In this document: one piece after another, positions 14,501 to 25,107 of the stretch
Layout: the number at the start of each line of letters is the position of its first letter
Position numbering within the stretch: position 1 is the stretch's first letter
Assembly (NCBI RefSeq): GCF_018977255.1
Contig: NW_024704743.1
Location: 24,182,001-24,246,000 of the forward strand
DNA: 64,000 nt
DNA from: Callorhinchus milii
Lineage: Eukaryota
Direction: 5' to 3'
Notes under the pieces: model-generated
What the model saw: the letters and a program-made list of their open reading frames with translations, nothing else
The model's database searches: none
Told to the model about the DNA's origin: nothing
Program-made: the position numbers and the translations under genes

Positions 14501-15272
14501 CGGGGCCTCGCTCTGTCTGTGCCTCTCTCCCCGGGGCCTCGCTCTGTCCCTCTCTCCCCGGGGCCTCGCTCTGTCTGTGCCTCTCTCCCCGGGGCCTCGC
14601 TCTGTCTGTGCCTCTCTCCCCGGGGCCTCGCTCTGTCTGTGCCTCTCTCCCCGGGGCCTCGCTCTGTCTGTGCCTCTCTCCCCGGGGCCTCGCTCTGTGT
14701 CTCTCTCCCCGGGGCCTCGCTCTGTGTCTCTCTCCCCGGGGCCTCGCTCTGTGCCTCTCTCCCCGGGGCCTCGCTCTGTCTGTGCCTCTCTCCCCGGGGC
14801 CTCGCTCTGTCTGTGCCTCTCTCCCCGGGGCCTCGCTCTGTGTGTGCCTCTCTCCCCGGGGCCTCGCTCTGTCTGTGCCTCTCTCCCCGGGGCCTCGCTC
14901 TGTCTGTGCCTCTCTCCCGGGCCTCGCTCTGTCTGTGCCTCTCTCCCGGGGCCTCGCTCTGTCCCTCTCTCCCCGGGCCTCGCTCTGTCTGTGCCTCTCT
15001 CCCCGGGGCCTCGCTCTGTCTGTCCCTCTCTCCCCGGGGCCTCGCTCTGTGTGTGCCTCTCTCCCCGGGGCCTCGCTCTGTCTGTGCCTCTCCCCGGGCC
15101 TCGCTCTGTCTGTGCCTCTCTCCCCGGGGCCTCGCTCTGTCTGTGCCTCTCTCCCCGGGGCCTCGCTCTGTCTGTCCCTCTCTCCCCGGGGCCTCGCTCT
15201 GTCTGTGCCTCTCTCCCCGGGGCCTCGCTCTGTCTGTCCCTCTCGCTCCTCACCTTCCTCGGTGCTCTCCAT
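2459..15272 (-). CDS. MARCHF6: E3 ubiquitin ligase MARCHF6, 5' part; join(15272..15254, 2555..2459), continues left of window
   Basis: Spliced translation [39 protein letters not shown] matches the recalled MARCHF6 N-terminal RING-CH ([39 protein letters not shown]); splice sites are canonical and phase-compatible. Confidence 0.95.
3177..4090 (-). mobile_element. L2-clade LINE, 5'-truncated
   Basis: [11 protein letters not shown]..., homologous to 44728-45868; (TTG)n tail at ~3177-3189. Confidence 0.9.
11016..11348 (+). mobile_element. Full-length tRNA-derived SINE
   Basis: Head with A box (TAGCTCAGTGG) and B box (GTTCAATTCC), body, L2-like tail, (ATT)n end. Confidence 0.92.
14005..14200. 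repeat. G-rich polypurine tandem repeat (~21-nt unit GAGTGAG(G)nAGAGGGG)
   Basis: About 9 imperfect copies visible directly. Confidence 0.9.
14283..15247. repeat. 31-bp GC-rich minisatellite (CTCTCTCCCCGGGGCCTCGCTCTGTCTGTGC)n
   Basis: About 32 copies, period 31 with shorter variant units. Confidence 0.97.
15254..15272 (-). CDS. MARCHF6: MARCHF6 coding exon 1 (MESTEE)
   Basis: ACAATGG Kozak context, ATG GAG AGC ACC GAG GAA G|GTGAGG, phase 1 matching exon 2, within CpG island. Confidence 0.9.
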
Positions 15273-15980
15273 TGTCGCTGTGTCCGGCGCTGCTCCCTCT
15301 CTCACACGGGGCCTCTTGTGGGGGGGTGTGGGGGTGGGGGTTGGGTGGGGGCGGCGGCTCGGGCCGCAGCTCAGGCCCGCGATCACTAACGGCGACTCTG
15401 ACGGAGGGAGAGGGGGGGGGAGGGGGAGGGGAGGGGTCTGTGTGTGTGTGTGGGGGGAGGGGTGGGGGTGGGGGGTATATGATGGGGAAGGAAGCAGTAT
15501 GTGTGTTAGGAGGAGTATCTGACAGCGTGAGTGATGGGGGAGGGGGGGGGAGTGGGCTGTGTGCGTCTCACTGTGTGTGTGTGTGTGTGTGTGATGATGA
15601 TGATGATGGGGGCGGGGGAGGGGGGGGGGGCGCTCCCAGGTTATCGCTGTGGTGGTTAGGATGGGGAGGGCCTGGAGCTGCCCAGAGGCCGCGTATCCCA
15701 CGGCAACCGGAACACGGCCTCTGCGCGGCGCCGCTCGATTATTTTTTTACGACACAATCGGACCCACCCCGCAACGCCGGGGTCCCGCGCATGCGTCGTG
15801 CAATCCTCCCCCGCCACCCCGCGACCTGTGAGGCTCAGGTTCAGGCTCAGGCTCAGGCGGCGCCACCCAGAGGTGGCCGCTGGTCACTGCAGCCACAGCT
15901 CGGCTTGCCCTCCCCCCCCCCCCCCCCACCCACCACCACCACCACAGCCCACTGGGAAAGAGTGGCCTGGGGCAGGCACT
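15273..15980 (-). promoter_or_regulatory. CpG-rich 5' UTR/promoter of MARCHF6
   Basis: CpG-dense and upstream of the ATG; NRF1-like GCGCATGCG (~15787), ETS-like CCGGAA (~15707), CTCF-like CCTCTGGGTGGCGC on minus strand (15860-15873). Confidence 0.7.
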
Positions 15981-15985
15981 GCTGC

Positions 15986-17122
15986 TGCTCACTCACTCTC
16001 ACTCACTCTCACTTACTCACTCTCACTTACTCTCACTCACTTTCACTCACTCACTTTCACTCACTCTCACTCACTCACTCTCACTTACTCTCACTCACAC
16101 TCACTCACTTTCACACTCTCACTCTTACTCACTCTCACTTACTCTCACTCGCTCTCACTCACACTCACTCACTCTCACTTACTCTCACTCTCACTCTCTC
16201 ACTCTCACTTACTCTCACTCTCACACTCACTCACTCTCACTTACTCTCACACTCACTCACTCGCTCTCACGCACTCTCACTTTCACACTCTCACTTACTC
16301 TCACTCACTCTCACTCGCTCTCACTCACACTCACTCACTCTCACTTACTCTCACTCTCACTCTCTCACTCACTCTCACTTACTCTCACTCTCACTAACTC
16401 ACTCACTCTCACTCTCACTTATTCTCACTCACACTCACTCTCCTTCACTCTCACTCTCTCTCACTCACTCTCACTAACTCACACTCACTCACTCTCACTC
16501 ACTCACTCACTTACTCTCACACTCACTCTCTTTCACTCGCTCACTCACTCTCACTCACACTCACTCTCACTCACTCTCTCACTCACACTCACTCACTCAC
16601 TTTCACACTCACTCTCACTTACTCTCACTCTCACTCACTCTCACTCTCACTCACTTACTCTCACACTCATTCACTCTCACTAACTCTCACTCACACTCAC
16701 TCTCACTTACTCACACTCACTCTCTTTCACTCTTTCACTCTCACTAACTCACTCACACTCACTCACTCTCACTCACACTCTCTTTCACTCACTCTCACTC
16801 TCACTCACACTCACTCACTCTCACTCATTCTCACTCACACTCACTCTTCTCACTCACTCTCACTCACTCTCACTTTCACACTCTCACTCTCACTTACTCT
16901 CACACTCACTCACTTACTCTCACTCACACTCACTAACTCTCACTCACTCTCACTCTCACTCACACTCACACTCACTCTCTTTCACTCTTTCACTCTCACT
17001 CTCACTAACTCACACTCACTCTCACTTACTCTCACTCACACTCACTCACTCTCACTCATTCTCACACACTCACTCTCACTCACTCTCACTCACACTCACT
17101 TCCTCTCACTCACTTACTCACA
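15986..17122. repeat. Compound (ACTC/ACTCTC)n low-complexity satellite
   Basis: 1.1 kb almost free of G on the + strand. Confidence 0.95.
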
Positions 17123-17534
17123 CCCCTTTTTTTTTCACATTCACATCATTTCACACCGATGATTTCCCCGGGAGAGACTTTAGGATATGGTCCACCCCCT
17201 GCCCACCGGCACAGTGATTTCCGGGTTGCCGGCTCCAGTCGGAAGTATTCCGAGAGTTTCGGCGTATGACGCAATGGCTTTAAGGACTGAGCTACTCGCA
17301 ACTCACCGGAGCAGCAGTTCGCTTGCATTTGAAGGGTGTTTGGGCGTGGGAATAGCTGGGTGTATGGAACATGCGGAAACCCATCACCAGCTTAAGAGTA
17401 TCCAAACCAAGCTGAGAATTTCATACGTTCCACCTACACATAGAAATTCCTGAGATAGGTTGTTGGAATGGGATGCACACTCTCTCCCGAGAGGGATGCA
17501 TCCTGCTTACCTAATTCTGGAAATTATTGATCAT

Positions 17535-18092
17535 AACAATAATAATAATAATCCTTGCATTTGATATAGCGGTGGCCGTGCCTTCAGCCACAATTCCCCG
17601 AGGCTCTGGAACTGCCTTCCTCACTCCCTTTGTCTCGCTCCCTCCCTTCCCATTTTCAGGTCTTTGCTGAAGACCTTTCTTTTCGACTGCGCCTTTGGTC
17701 ACCTTCCTCCCCCTCCCCCTGGCTCGGTCCCAGGATCCGTTCCTGTAAAGCGCTCTGAGACGCCTTCTGGCATGGATGGCGCTATATAAATACAAGTTGT
17801 TGTAGCGCTTTTCACATCTTCTCGACGTCTCAAAGCGCTTCACAGAATAGACTGCAAAGTGAATTGACTGTATATTTGTGGGCAAAACCCGGCAGCCAAT
17901 TGCTCACAGCAGTGTCGCACAAACAGTCGTGAATTGAAAATGACCAATTTATTATTGTTTTGTTTTGGAGGGATTATTATTATTAGGCGTGTGGAGGAAG
18001 GAAACTTGCCCAGGGTTTCGCCCTGCCTGGAATTGAACCCAGGTGTCTCACTTGCAAGGCAAGTGATCTAACCACTGAACTACAGGACTCCA
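17535..18092 (-). mobile_element. Full-length SINE interrupted by an L2 3' fragment (17572-17802, +)
   Basis: SINE tail is split; TAGCG is duplicated at both L2 junctions. Confidence 0.85.
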
Positions 18093-20009
18093 TATTAGTG
18101 TGGGTTGGCAGGAGCCAAGGCTTTGGGACCCCACAGTGTGGGTTGGGATTCTGCTGAAGTCGAACCAGCTGAAGCTGCATAGCTTGCCATTGATATCGCT
18201 GTTTGGCAAGCTTTCCCACTGCTTGTCCAGATAGGACCACCCTACCCTTTAGAGCTAGCAGCTGAGTGGGCAGATTCTCTACCCCTGGTGACTGGTCTGC
18301 CCTTCCAAGTACTACCGATAAGCCAGGCTGGCTGTGCTGTGATCAGCAGTGCCCTGGAGTACTGCCTGGTTCAGGAATCAGACTACTGAGACCACCAGAA
18401 GGTCGGCTCAATTCTGACAATCTGTTGCCAAACATGGAGCCAGTTCAGCGCTAAGGAGACCCTATTCCTCTCCCCCAAAGAGGATAGTCATTAGTTGGTC
18501 ATTTAACATCCGACAAACACTTGTGAGGTGCCTTGGGATGTCCTCCAGACATGAGCAATGTTATTTTGTTGTTGTTAAAATAAAGGTAAGCCCTGAATAC
18601 CTTTTTAACCTAAGTTATAAAAAAATCTCATTTAAGAAAAGGTGTATCACATTGGATCCCAACTCCTTTGCCCATCCCACCACCCCCACCTGCTTTTACT
18701 TCTGTTCAAATTTCCTTTCTTCCTTGCCTAGTGTAATATCCAGGTTATTTTTAAGATTCACCAATAAAATACATAGTGATTACACTTTGCAGTATATTCT
18801 GTGAAGCACTCTTGACATATCCTCCCAATGTGACAGGCACTGTACCAAATGTAAGGATTATTATTACTTAATATCTACTTTCACATCAAATAGATACACA
18901 CATCTATCAAAGTTTACCTAGTAGTAAGTTGGAATCCGGTTGTTAGTCGATTGGTAATAATCCCTTAAAAAAAATGATAGTTTGATCACTCGGTCCACAA
19001 CTGCTTGTGGGACACTGCTGTGCGCAATTGGCTGCCATGTTTTGCCCACAAATATACAGTCAATTCACTTTACAGTATATTCTGTGAAGCGCTTTGGGAC
19101 GTCCTCCCGACGTGAAAAGCGCTATATCAAATGCAAGGATTATTATTATTATTATTACACTTGTAATTGGCATCTGCTCATGCCTTCCAGTGATCTTTCT
19201 GAGAAAAGACCTTCACACTGTATTGGTTATCAAATCCTTCACTGTTGCATTCCAGAGCCGTCAATCATTGTCACAAAGTGTTGGAATGTGAAGGATGAAC
19301 AAATCTCTCATTCATCAAACTCTCTCTGGTGGCCTTGTCGTTGTGCATAGCTCTTTCGGTGATCCAGATAAGCCATAACGGGCCTTTTTCTGTGCCGTAA
19401 ATTTCTATCGTTCTATGGTTTGATTTATTGTAAGTGTTCAATCTGCGGGCTTGCATCATTTTGAGGCTGTAACCTCGGTGCTCCTGTGCTGTTGAACCAC
19501 TAAATTGTGATGGTGGTTGTGTCTGTATCTATTTTTGTGTCTCGTACAGTGGTGCTTTTGTGGCATGTAGTCAGTGGAGCAGTGAGACGTTTCAGCGTTG
19601 ACTGCTTGCGGTCTTCTATGGAGAAGACAAAAGGGTAGATAGGAACAGGGTACACAAAGGACATAGATTTAGAGTTATAAAGGACCGATACCAGGAAGTT
19701 TTTCTTCACTCAAGAGTGTCATTTTCTTTACCCAAGCGCTCTGGGACACTACCCTGCGATATAAATGCATGTTAGTGTCGTAATTCACAAGTGGAACAGG
19801 TTGCCAGGAAAGGTGGTAGAGGCCAGAACACTCGACTCAATTAAAAAGCTGCTTGATGCTGTGATGGGATGACAGTAGGGTGAGAGTTCTGGGAGGATGG
19901 GATAGGATATTTGATATATAAAACATCCATATCTGCTTTCCCAAAGATGGAAGCCATCCATGCTCCTTGGGATGCTACCCTGCGTGAGGGGCGCTATACA
20001 AGTTATTGC

Positions 20010-21295
20010 TGCAATGAGTGAGGGTGAGGGATGTGTGTGTGTGTGCAGTGAGTGAGGGTACACAATGAATGAATGTGAGCAGTGAGTGTGACCGGAGGTG
20101 ACGTCGGGGGCTGTATGCAATGTGTGCAGCGAGTGTGACTGGAGGTAACCAGGGGTTGAGCGTGCAGCGTATGCAGTGAGTGAGTATGAGCTGTGAGTGT
20201 GACCGGAAGTTAGAGGGGTGAGTGCGCAGTGTGTGTAGTCAGTGAGGGTGAGCAATGAGTGTGACCGAAGGTGAACGGACCGGGGTGCAGGGGAATGCGC
20301 ACTGTGTGCGGTGAGTGTGAGCAGTGAGTGTGAGCAGAGGTGACCTCCAGGGGTGAGTGTGCAGTGAGTGAGTGTGAGCAGTGAGTGTGACTGGAGGTGA
20401 CCGGGGGGGGGGGGGGCGGTGTGTGTGAGTGTGCAGAGTGTGGAGTCACTGAGTGTGTACAGTGAGTGTGACCAGATGTGATGGGGGGTGGTGGTGTGAA
20501 GTGTGGAGTCACTGAGTGTGCACAGTGAGTATGACCAGATGTGACGGGGGGGGGGGGGGGGGGGAGGTGAGTGTGCAGAGTGTGGAGGGAGTCAGTGAGT
20601 GTGCGCAGTGTGACCAGATGTGACGGGGGGGGGAGGTGAGTGTGCACAGTGAGTATGACCAGATGTGACGGGGGGGGGGTGGGGGGAGGTGAGTGTGCAG
20701 AGTGTGGAGGGAGTCAGTGAGTGTGCGCAGTGTGACCAGATGTGGCGGGGGGGGGGAGAGGGGGGAGTGTGCAGAGTGTGCACAGTGAGTGTGACCAGAT
20801 GTGACGGGGGGGGGAGGTGAGTGTGCAGAGTGTGGAGGGAGTCAGTGAGTGTGCGCAGTGTGACCAGATGTGGCGGGGGGGGGGGGAGAGGGGGGGAGTG
20901 TGCAGAGTGTGCACAGTGAGTGTGACCAGATGTGACGGGGGGGGGGAGGTGAGTGTGCACAGTGAGTGTGACCAGATGTGACGGGGGGGGTGAGTGTGCA
21001 GAGTGTGCACAGTGAGTGTGACCAGATGTGGAGGGGGGGGGAGGTGAGTGTGCACAGTGAGTGTGACCAGATGTGGAGGGGGGGTGAGTGTGCAGAGTGT
21101 GCACAGTGAGTGTGACCAGATGTGATGTGGAGGGGGGGTGAGTGTGCAGAGTGTGCACAGTGAGTGTGACCAGATGTGGAGGGGGGGGGAGGGGGGTGAG
21201 TGTGCAGAGTGTGCAGAGTGAGTGTGACCAGATGTGATGTGGAGGAGGGGGAGTGTGCAGAGTGTGGAGGGGAAGTCAGCGAGTGAGTGCGCGTG
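20010..21295. repeat. Compound minisatellite (GTGAGTGTGCA..GTGAGTGTGACCAGATGTG + poly-G)
   Basis: More than 20 variable units directly upstream of the tRNA. Confidence 0.92.
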
Positions 21296-21504
21296 ACCTG
21301 AGGTGACCCCGAGAGAGGTGATGCGCGAGTGCGTGCGCGCGTGCGTGCGTGCGTGCGCGCGCGCGCCCGCGTTGCCGTGACGCTCCCTCCCTCCCTCGCG
21401 GCAGCGGCAGCAGTAAGAGAGGGGGAGGGGTGTGAGAGGGTGAAGCCGGAGCCGCAGCGCCGCAGCGCCGGGGTTGTGAGCAGCCGCGGCCTGAGCTCCG
21501 TCGC

Positions 21505-21578
21505 GGCGCCGTGGCTTAGTTGGTTAAAGCGCCTGTCTAGTAAACAGGAGATCCTGGGTTCGAATCCCAGCGGTGCCT
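21505..21578 (+). tRNA. tRNA-Thr (anticodon AGT)
   Basis: GGCGCCGTGGCTTAGTTGGTTAAAGCGCCTGTCTAGTAAACAGGAGATCCTGGGTTCGAATCCCAGCGGTGCCT; full cloverleaf, A and B boxes, anticodon at 21539-21541. Confidence 0.97.
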
Positions 21579-21614
21579 CAGCTTCAGCCGCAGCAGCAGC
21601 AGCAGCAGGTGCTC

Positions 21615-21625
21615 TTTTCATTTTA
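21615..21625 (+). terminator. Pol III oligo-T terminator of tRNA-Thr
   Basis: TTTT runs beginning about 36 nt after the tRNA. Confidence 0.7.
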
Positions 21626-22324
21626 TTTATTTGCTGCCTTTCTTACCCCCACCCCCAACCCCAACCCCCCCCCACCCCCAACACCTCCACCCTTTCCCCT
21701 ACTTAAAAAAAATAAACAAAAAAAAACACTCCTCCCCCCCTCCTCCTCCTCCTCCTCCTCCATTTCCATTCCCAGTTCCCATCCATTTCTTTTTCAGGTT
21801 CTGAAAAAAAAGTCCAGTTTTCCAACGTTTATTTTTTGTGCAAATCGCAGCAGCAAAAGGGTATAATGGGGGGGGGAAAAAAAGGGTATATGGGGGGAAA
21901 AAATGCCCCTCCCCCTCCCTCTTACCCCCCCATCCCCTTGTGCTGCACACACCGCCCCCTCGTGGGCCAAGAGCCGAACTGTTCCCAGAGCTTCCTGAGG
22001 GAAGCACCAGGGGCCAAGGGGACGCACAGAAAAGACACCGGCGTGTAAAATGTTAATTATATATGTTCGCGTATATATATTTTTAGATATAAAGGTCCGG
22101 CGCGAAGGTTGAGTGTGTTTCCCCAACACGCGGGAATTTCGCCCGCAGTGTGCGCCATCGCTCCCACCGGACGCAGCTGTGGCCCCTCCTGACACGTCGA
22201 CGCTGTGATAGGGGGCACCGTTGCCGAACAGTGGAACGGTGGCTGTCGCGATGGTGAAAGGTCGAAGGGTTCTCAGCAGCGTCAGGAGGCGCGGCGCTGC
22301 TGGAACGTCCTCCCGTCCTCCTGG

Positions 22325-22722
22325 CTTCCCATATGCAGTTCGAGAACCTGGTCCTCACCTTCAAAGCCCTCCATGGTCTCGCTCCCCCCCTACCTCTGCG
22401 GACTCCTGACCGCCTACCATCCTGCCGGTTCCCTCCGCTCAGCGGACTCCGGCTTGCTTCATGTCCCCGCCTCGCTCGCCCCACCATTGGCGGATGGGCC
22501 TTCAGCCGCTCTGCTCCCACCGCTCTGGAACTCCATCCCGCAGTCCCTCCGTTGCCTCCTTCAAGACCAGTCTCAAGACCCTCCTCTCCGACTGTGCTTT
22601 CGGTCACCCTGCTTCCCCCCCCCCGCCGCCCTCCACCCTCCCCGATCCCGACCCCCAGCTCGGGTCCGAAACACTGATTGTCCAGGGCCTTGGGATGTCC
22701 TCCCGATGCGAAAGGCGCTGTG
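22325..22722 (+). mobile_element. L2 LINE 3' fragment
   Basis: LTFKALHGLAP, IGGWAFS; tail CCTTGGGATGTCCTCCCGATGCGAAAGGCGC. Confidence 0.85.
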
Positions 22723-23196
22723 CAAACGATCGAAGAAGACAAATTGTCAAAGGAAAGAATTGCAAAGCCAAATTTCTGTAAACTGCTTTTCATGTTAAAA
22801 AATAATAATAATCCTTGCATTTAATAACACCTTATCACACCTTCAAGACATCTTAAAGCGCTTCACAGAATATACTGTAAAGTGAATTGATTGTATACTT
22901 TGTGAGCAAAACGCGACAGTCAATTGCACACAGCAGTGTCCCACAAACAGTCGTGGATAGAGTGACCAAATTATTATTTTGTTTTTGGAGCGATTATTAC
23001 CCCTGGAAAAGCTATCCACCAATAGACTAACTACCATATTCCTACTTACTGCTCGGTAAACAGAGGCGAGTGGAATAAGGAAACGATTAGGACGTCCTTC
23101 CGATGTGAAAGTCGCTATACTTTCCCCAGCTCCACTATTCAAATAATCCATCTCATTTAGAACTCTGCTGCCCGCATCCTGATCCAGACCAAAAGA

Positions 23197-24646
23197 TCCT
23201 GAAAACCCTCCCTACATCCCTCAAACCCCGGCCGCTACCGCCCTATTTCTATCCTGCCCTTCCTCGCAAAAGTTCTAGAACGCGTTGTTGCCAATCAACT
23301 TTGCCCTCACCTCTCCTCCCACTCCCTCTTCGAACCCCTCCAGTCCGGTTTCCGCCCACAGTACAGAGACTGCGCTTGTGAAAGTCACAAACCACATCCT
23401 CTCTGTCTGTGACCAGGGCTCCCTCTGCCTCCTTGTCCTTGACCTCTCCGCCGCGTTCGACACAGTCGATCACGCCATCCTCCTCCATCGCCTTTCTTCC
23501 GTCATCCACCTCAGTGGGACCGCACTCGCCTGGTTCGAGTCCTATCTCACAAACCGCCAGTAGCACATCTGCACAAACAGCTTCTCCTCCCGCTCTCACC
23601 CGGTTACCTGTGGGGTACCCCAAGGATCCATCCTTGGCCCCCTCCTTTTTCTGATCTACATGCTCCCTCTTGGGGATTTCATCCGCAGACATGGGGTACA
23701 CTTCCACATGTATGCGGACGACACCCAACTCTATTTTCCCACCTCTCTTTGCGACCCCCAGTCCCTGATGTTCTGTCAGCCTGCCTGTCAGACCTCAGGG
23801 GCTGGATGAGCACAAATTTCCTTCAGCTGAACATTGACAAGACGGAAGCCATACTCTTTGGCTCTCGTCAATGTCCAAAATCTCACGGCTCTCACCTCCT
23901 CCACCTACCTGACCTCCCCCTAAAACTCTCCGAACCCATACCCTAGGCGTCAGGTTTGGCCCCCAATTATCCTTCCTTCCTCACATCTGGTCCCTCACCA
24001 GCAAATGCTTTCTTCCACCTCCGACGCATCGCCCGTCTCCGCCAATACCACTCCCCAAAAGCCGCTGAAACCCTGGTCCATGCCTTTGTCACCTCTTTGC
24101 TGGACTACTCTAACGCCCTCCTCGCCGGTCTCCCATCCACTACCATCCATAAAATCCAAATCATTCAAAACTCTGCCGCCCGCATTCTCACCCGAACCAA
24201 ACTTTGCTCCCCAATCACCCCAGTCCTTGCCAGACTGCACTACCTGCCTATCCCAGACAGGATCGATTTCAAGATCCTCACCCTTGTATTCAAATCCCTG
24301 CACTCCTCTGTAGCCCCCTACCTCTCTGACCTCCTCTCTCCTCAAAACAGTTGCCTTAGTTTCTCCGGATCTGGACTCCTCCGAGTCCTCCGAGTCCTCT
24401 GCTTCACCCTCGGTGGCCGTGCCTTCAGCCACTATGCCCCAAGGCTCTGGAACTGCCTTCCTCACTCCCTTTGTCTCGCTCCCTCCCTTCCCATTTTCAG
24501 GTCTCTGCTGAAGACCTTTCCTTTCGATCGCACCTTTGGTCACCTTCCTCCCCCCTCCCCCTGGCTCGGCCCCGGGATCCGTTACTGTAAAGCGCTCTTG
24601 AGACGCCGTCCGGCGTGGAGGGCGCTGTATAAATCAGAGTTGTTGT
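23197..24646 (+). mobile_element. L2 LINE, degenerate reverse transcriptase and 3' end
   Basis: [54 protein letters not shown]; has stops and frameshifts. Confidence 0.93.
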
Positions 24647-25107
24647 TGACCAAACTCCGTACTCCCATCTCACCAGTTCCTGCCAGGCTCCACTGGCACC
24701 CACCCCAACGCCGAACAGATCGACTTCAAGATTCTCACACTCGTGTTCAAATCGCTTCATTCCTTGGCACCTCCCTACCTCTCCAACCTCCTCACTTCCC
24801 AATCCACCACCTGGTACCTCCGCACGACTGGCACCAGCCTCCTTCTTGTCCCTCGCACCCTCCGCTCCACCATCGGAGGTCACGCTTTTAGCCACTACGC
24901 CCCGAAACTTGGGAATACTCTCCCTCAATGCCTGCATCGTGCTCCCGCGCTCCTTTTTCCAGTCCCACCTTAAAGCTTTCCTTTTCGACTGTGCTTACGG
25001 TCACACTCCCCCCACCCCCCAGGCTTGGAATCAGGCTCCGCCATTGTTAAGTGCTCTGAGATGCTGCCTTGCTTGGAGCGTGCTATATAAGTGCAAGTTG
25101 TTGTTGT
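24647..25107 (+). mobile_element. Second L2 3' fragment
   Basis: FKSLHSLAPPYLSNLL...IGGHAFSHYAP, (TTG)n tail. Confidence 0.85.

Noticed and set aside
14283..15247. CRISPR-like array (~30-bp palindromic repeats)
   Set aside because: Units are head-to-tail with no unique spacers, no cas genes, eukaryotic context
13911..16477. Long overlapping ORFs (341-723 aa) on both strands
   Set aside because: Artefacts of stop-free minisatellite and low-complexity sequence; only the 19-nt MESTEE exon is supported
19785..21621. His/Thr/Pro-rich ORFs
   Set aside because: Translations of the compound minisatellite and the tRNA antisense strand
23197..24891. Active reverse transcriptase gene
   Set aside because: 5'-truncated L2 copy with stops and frameshifts and no endonuclease domain
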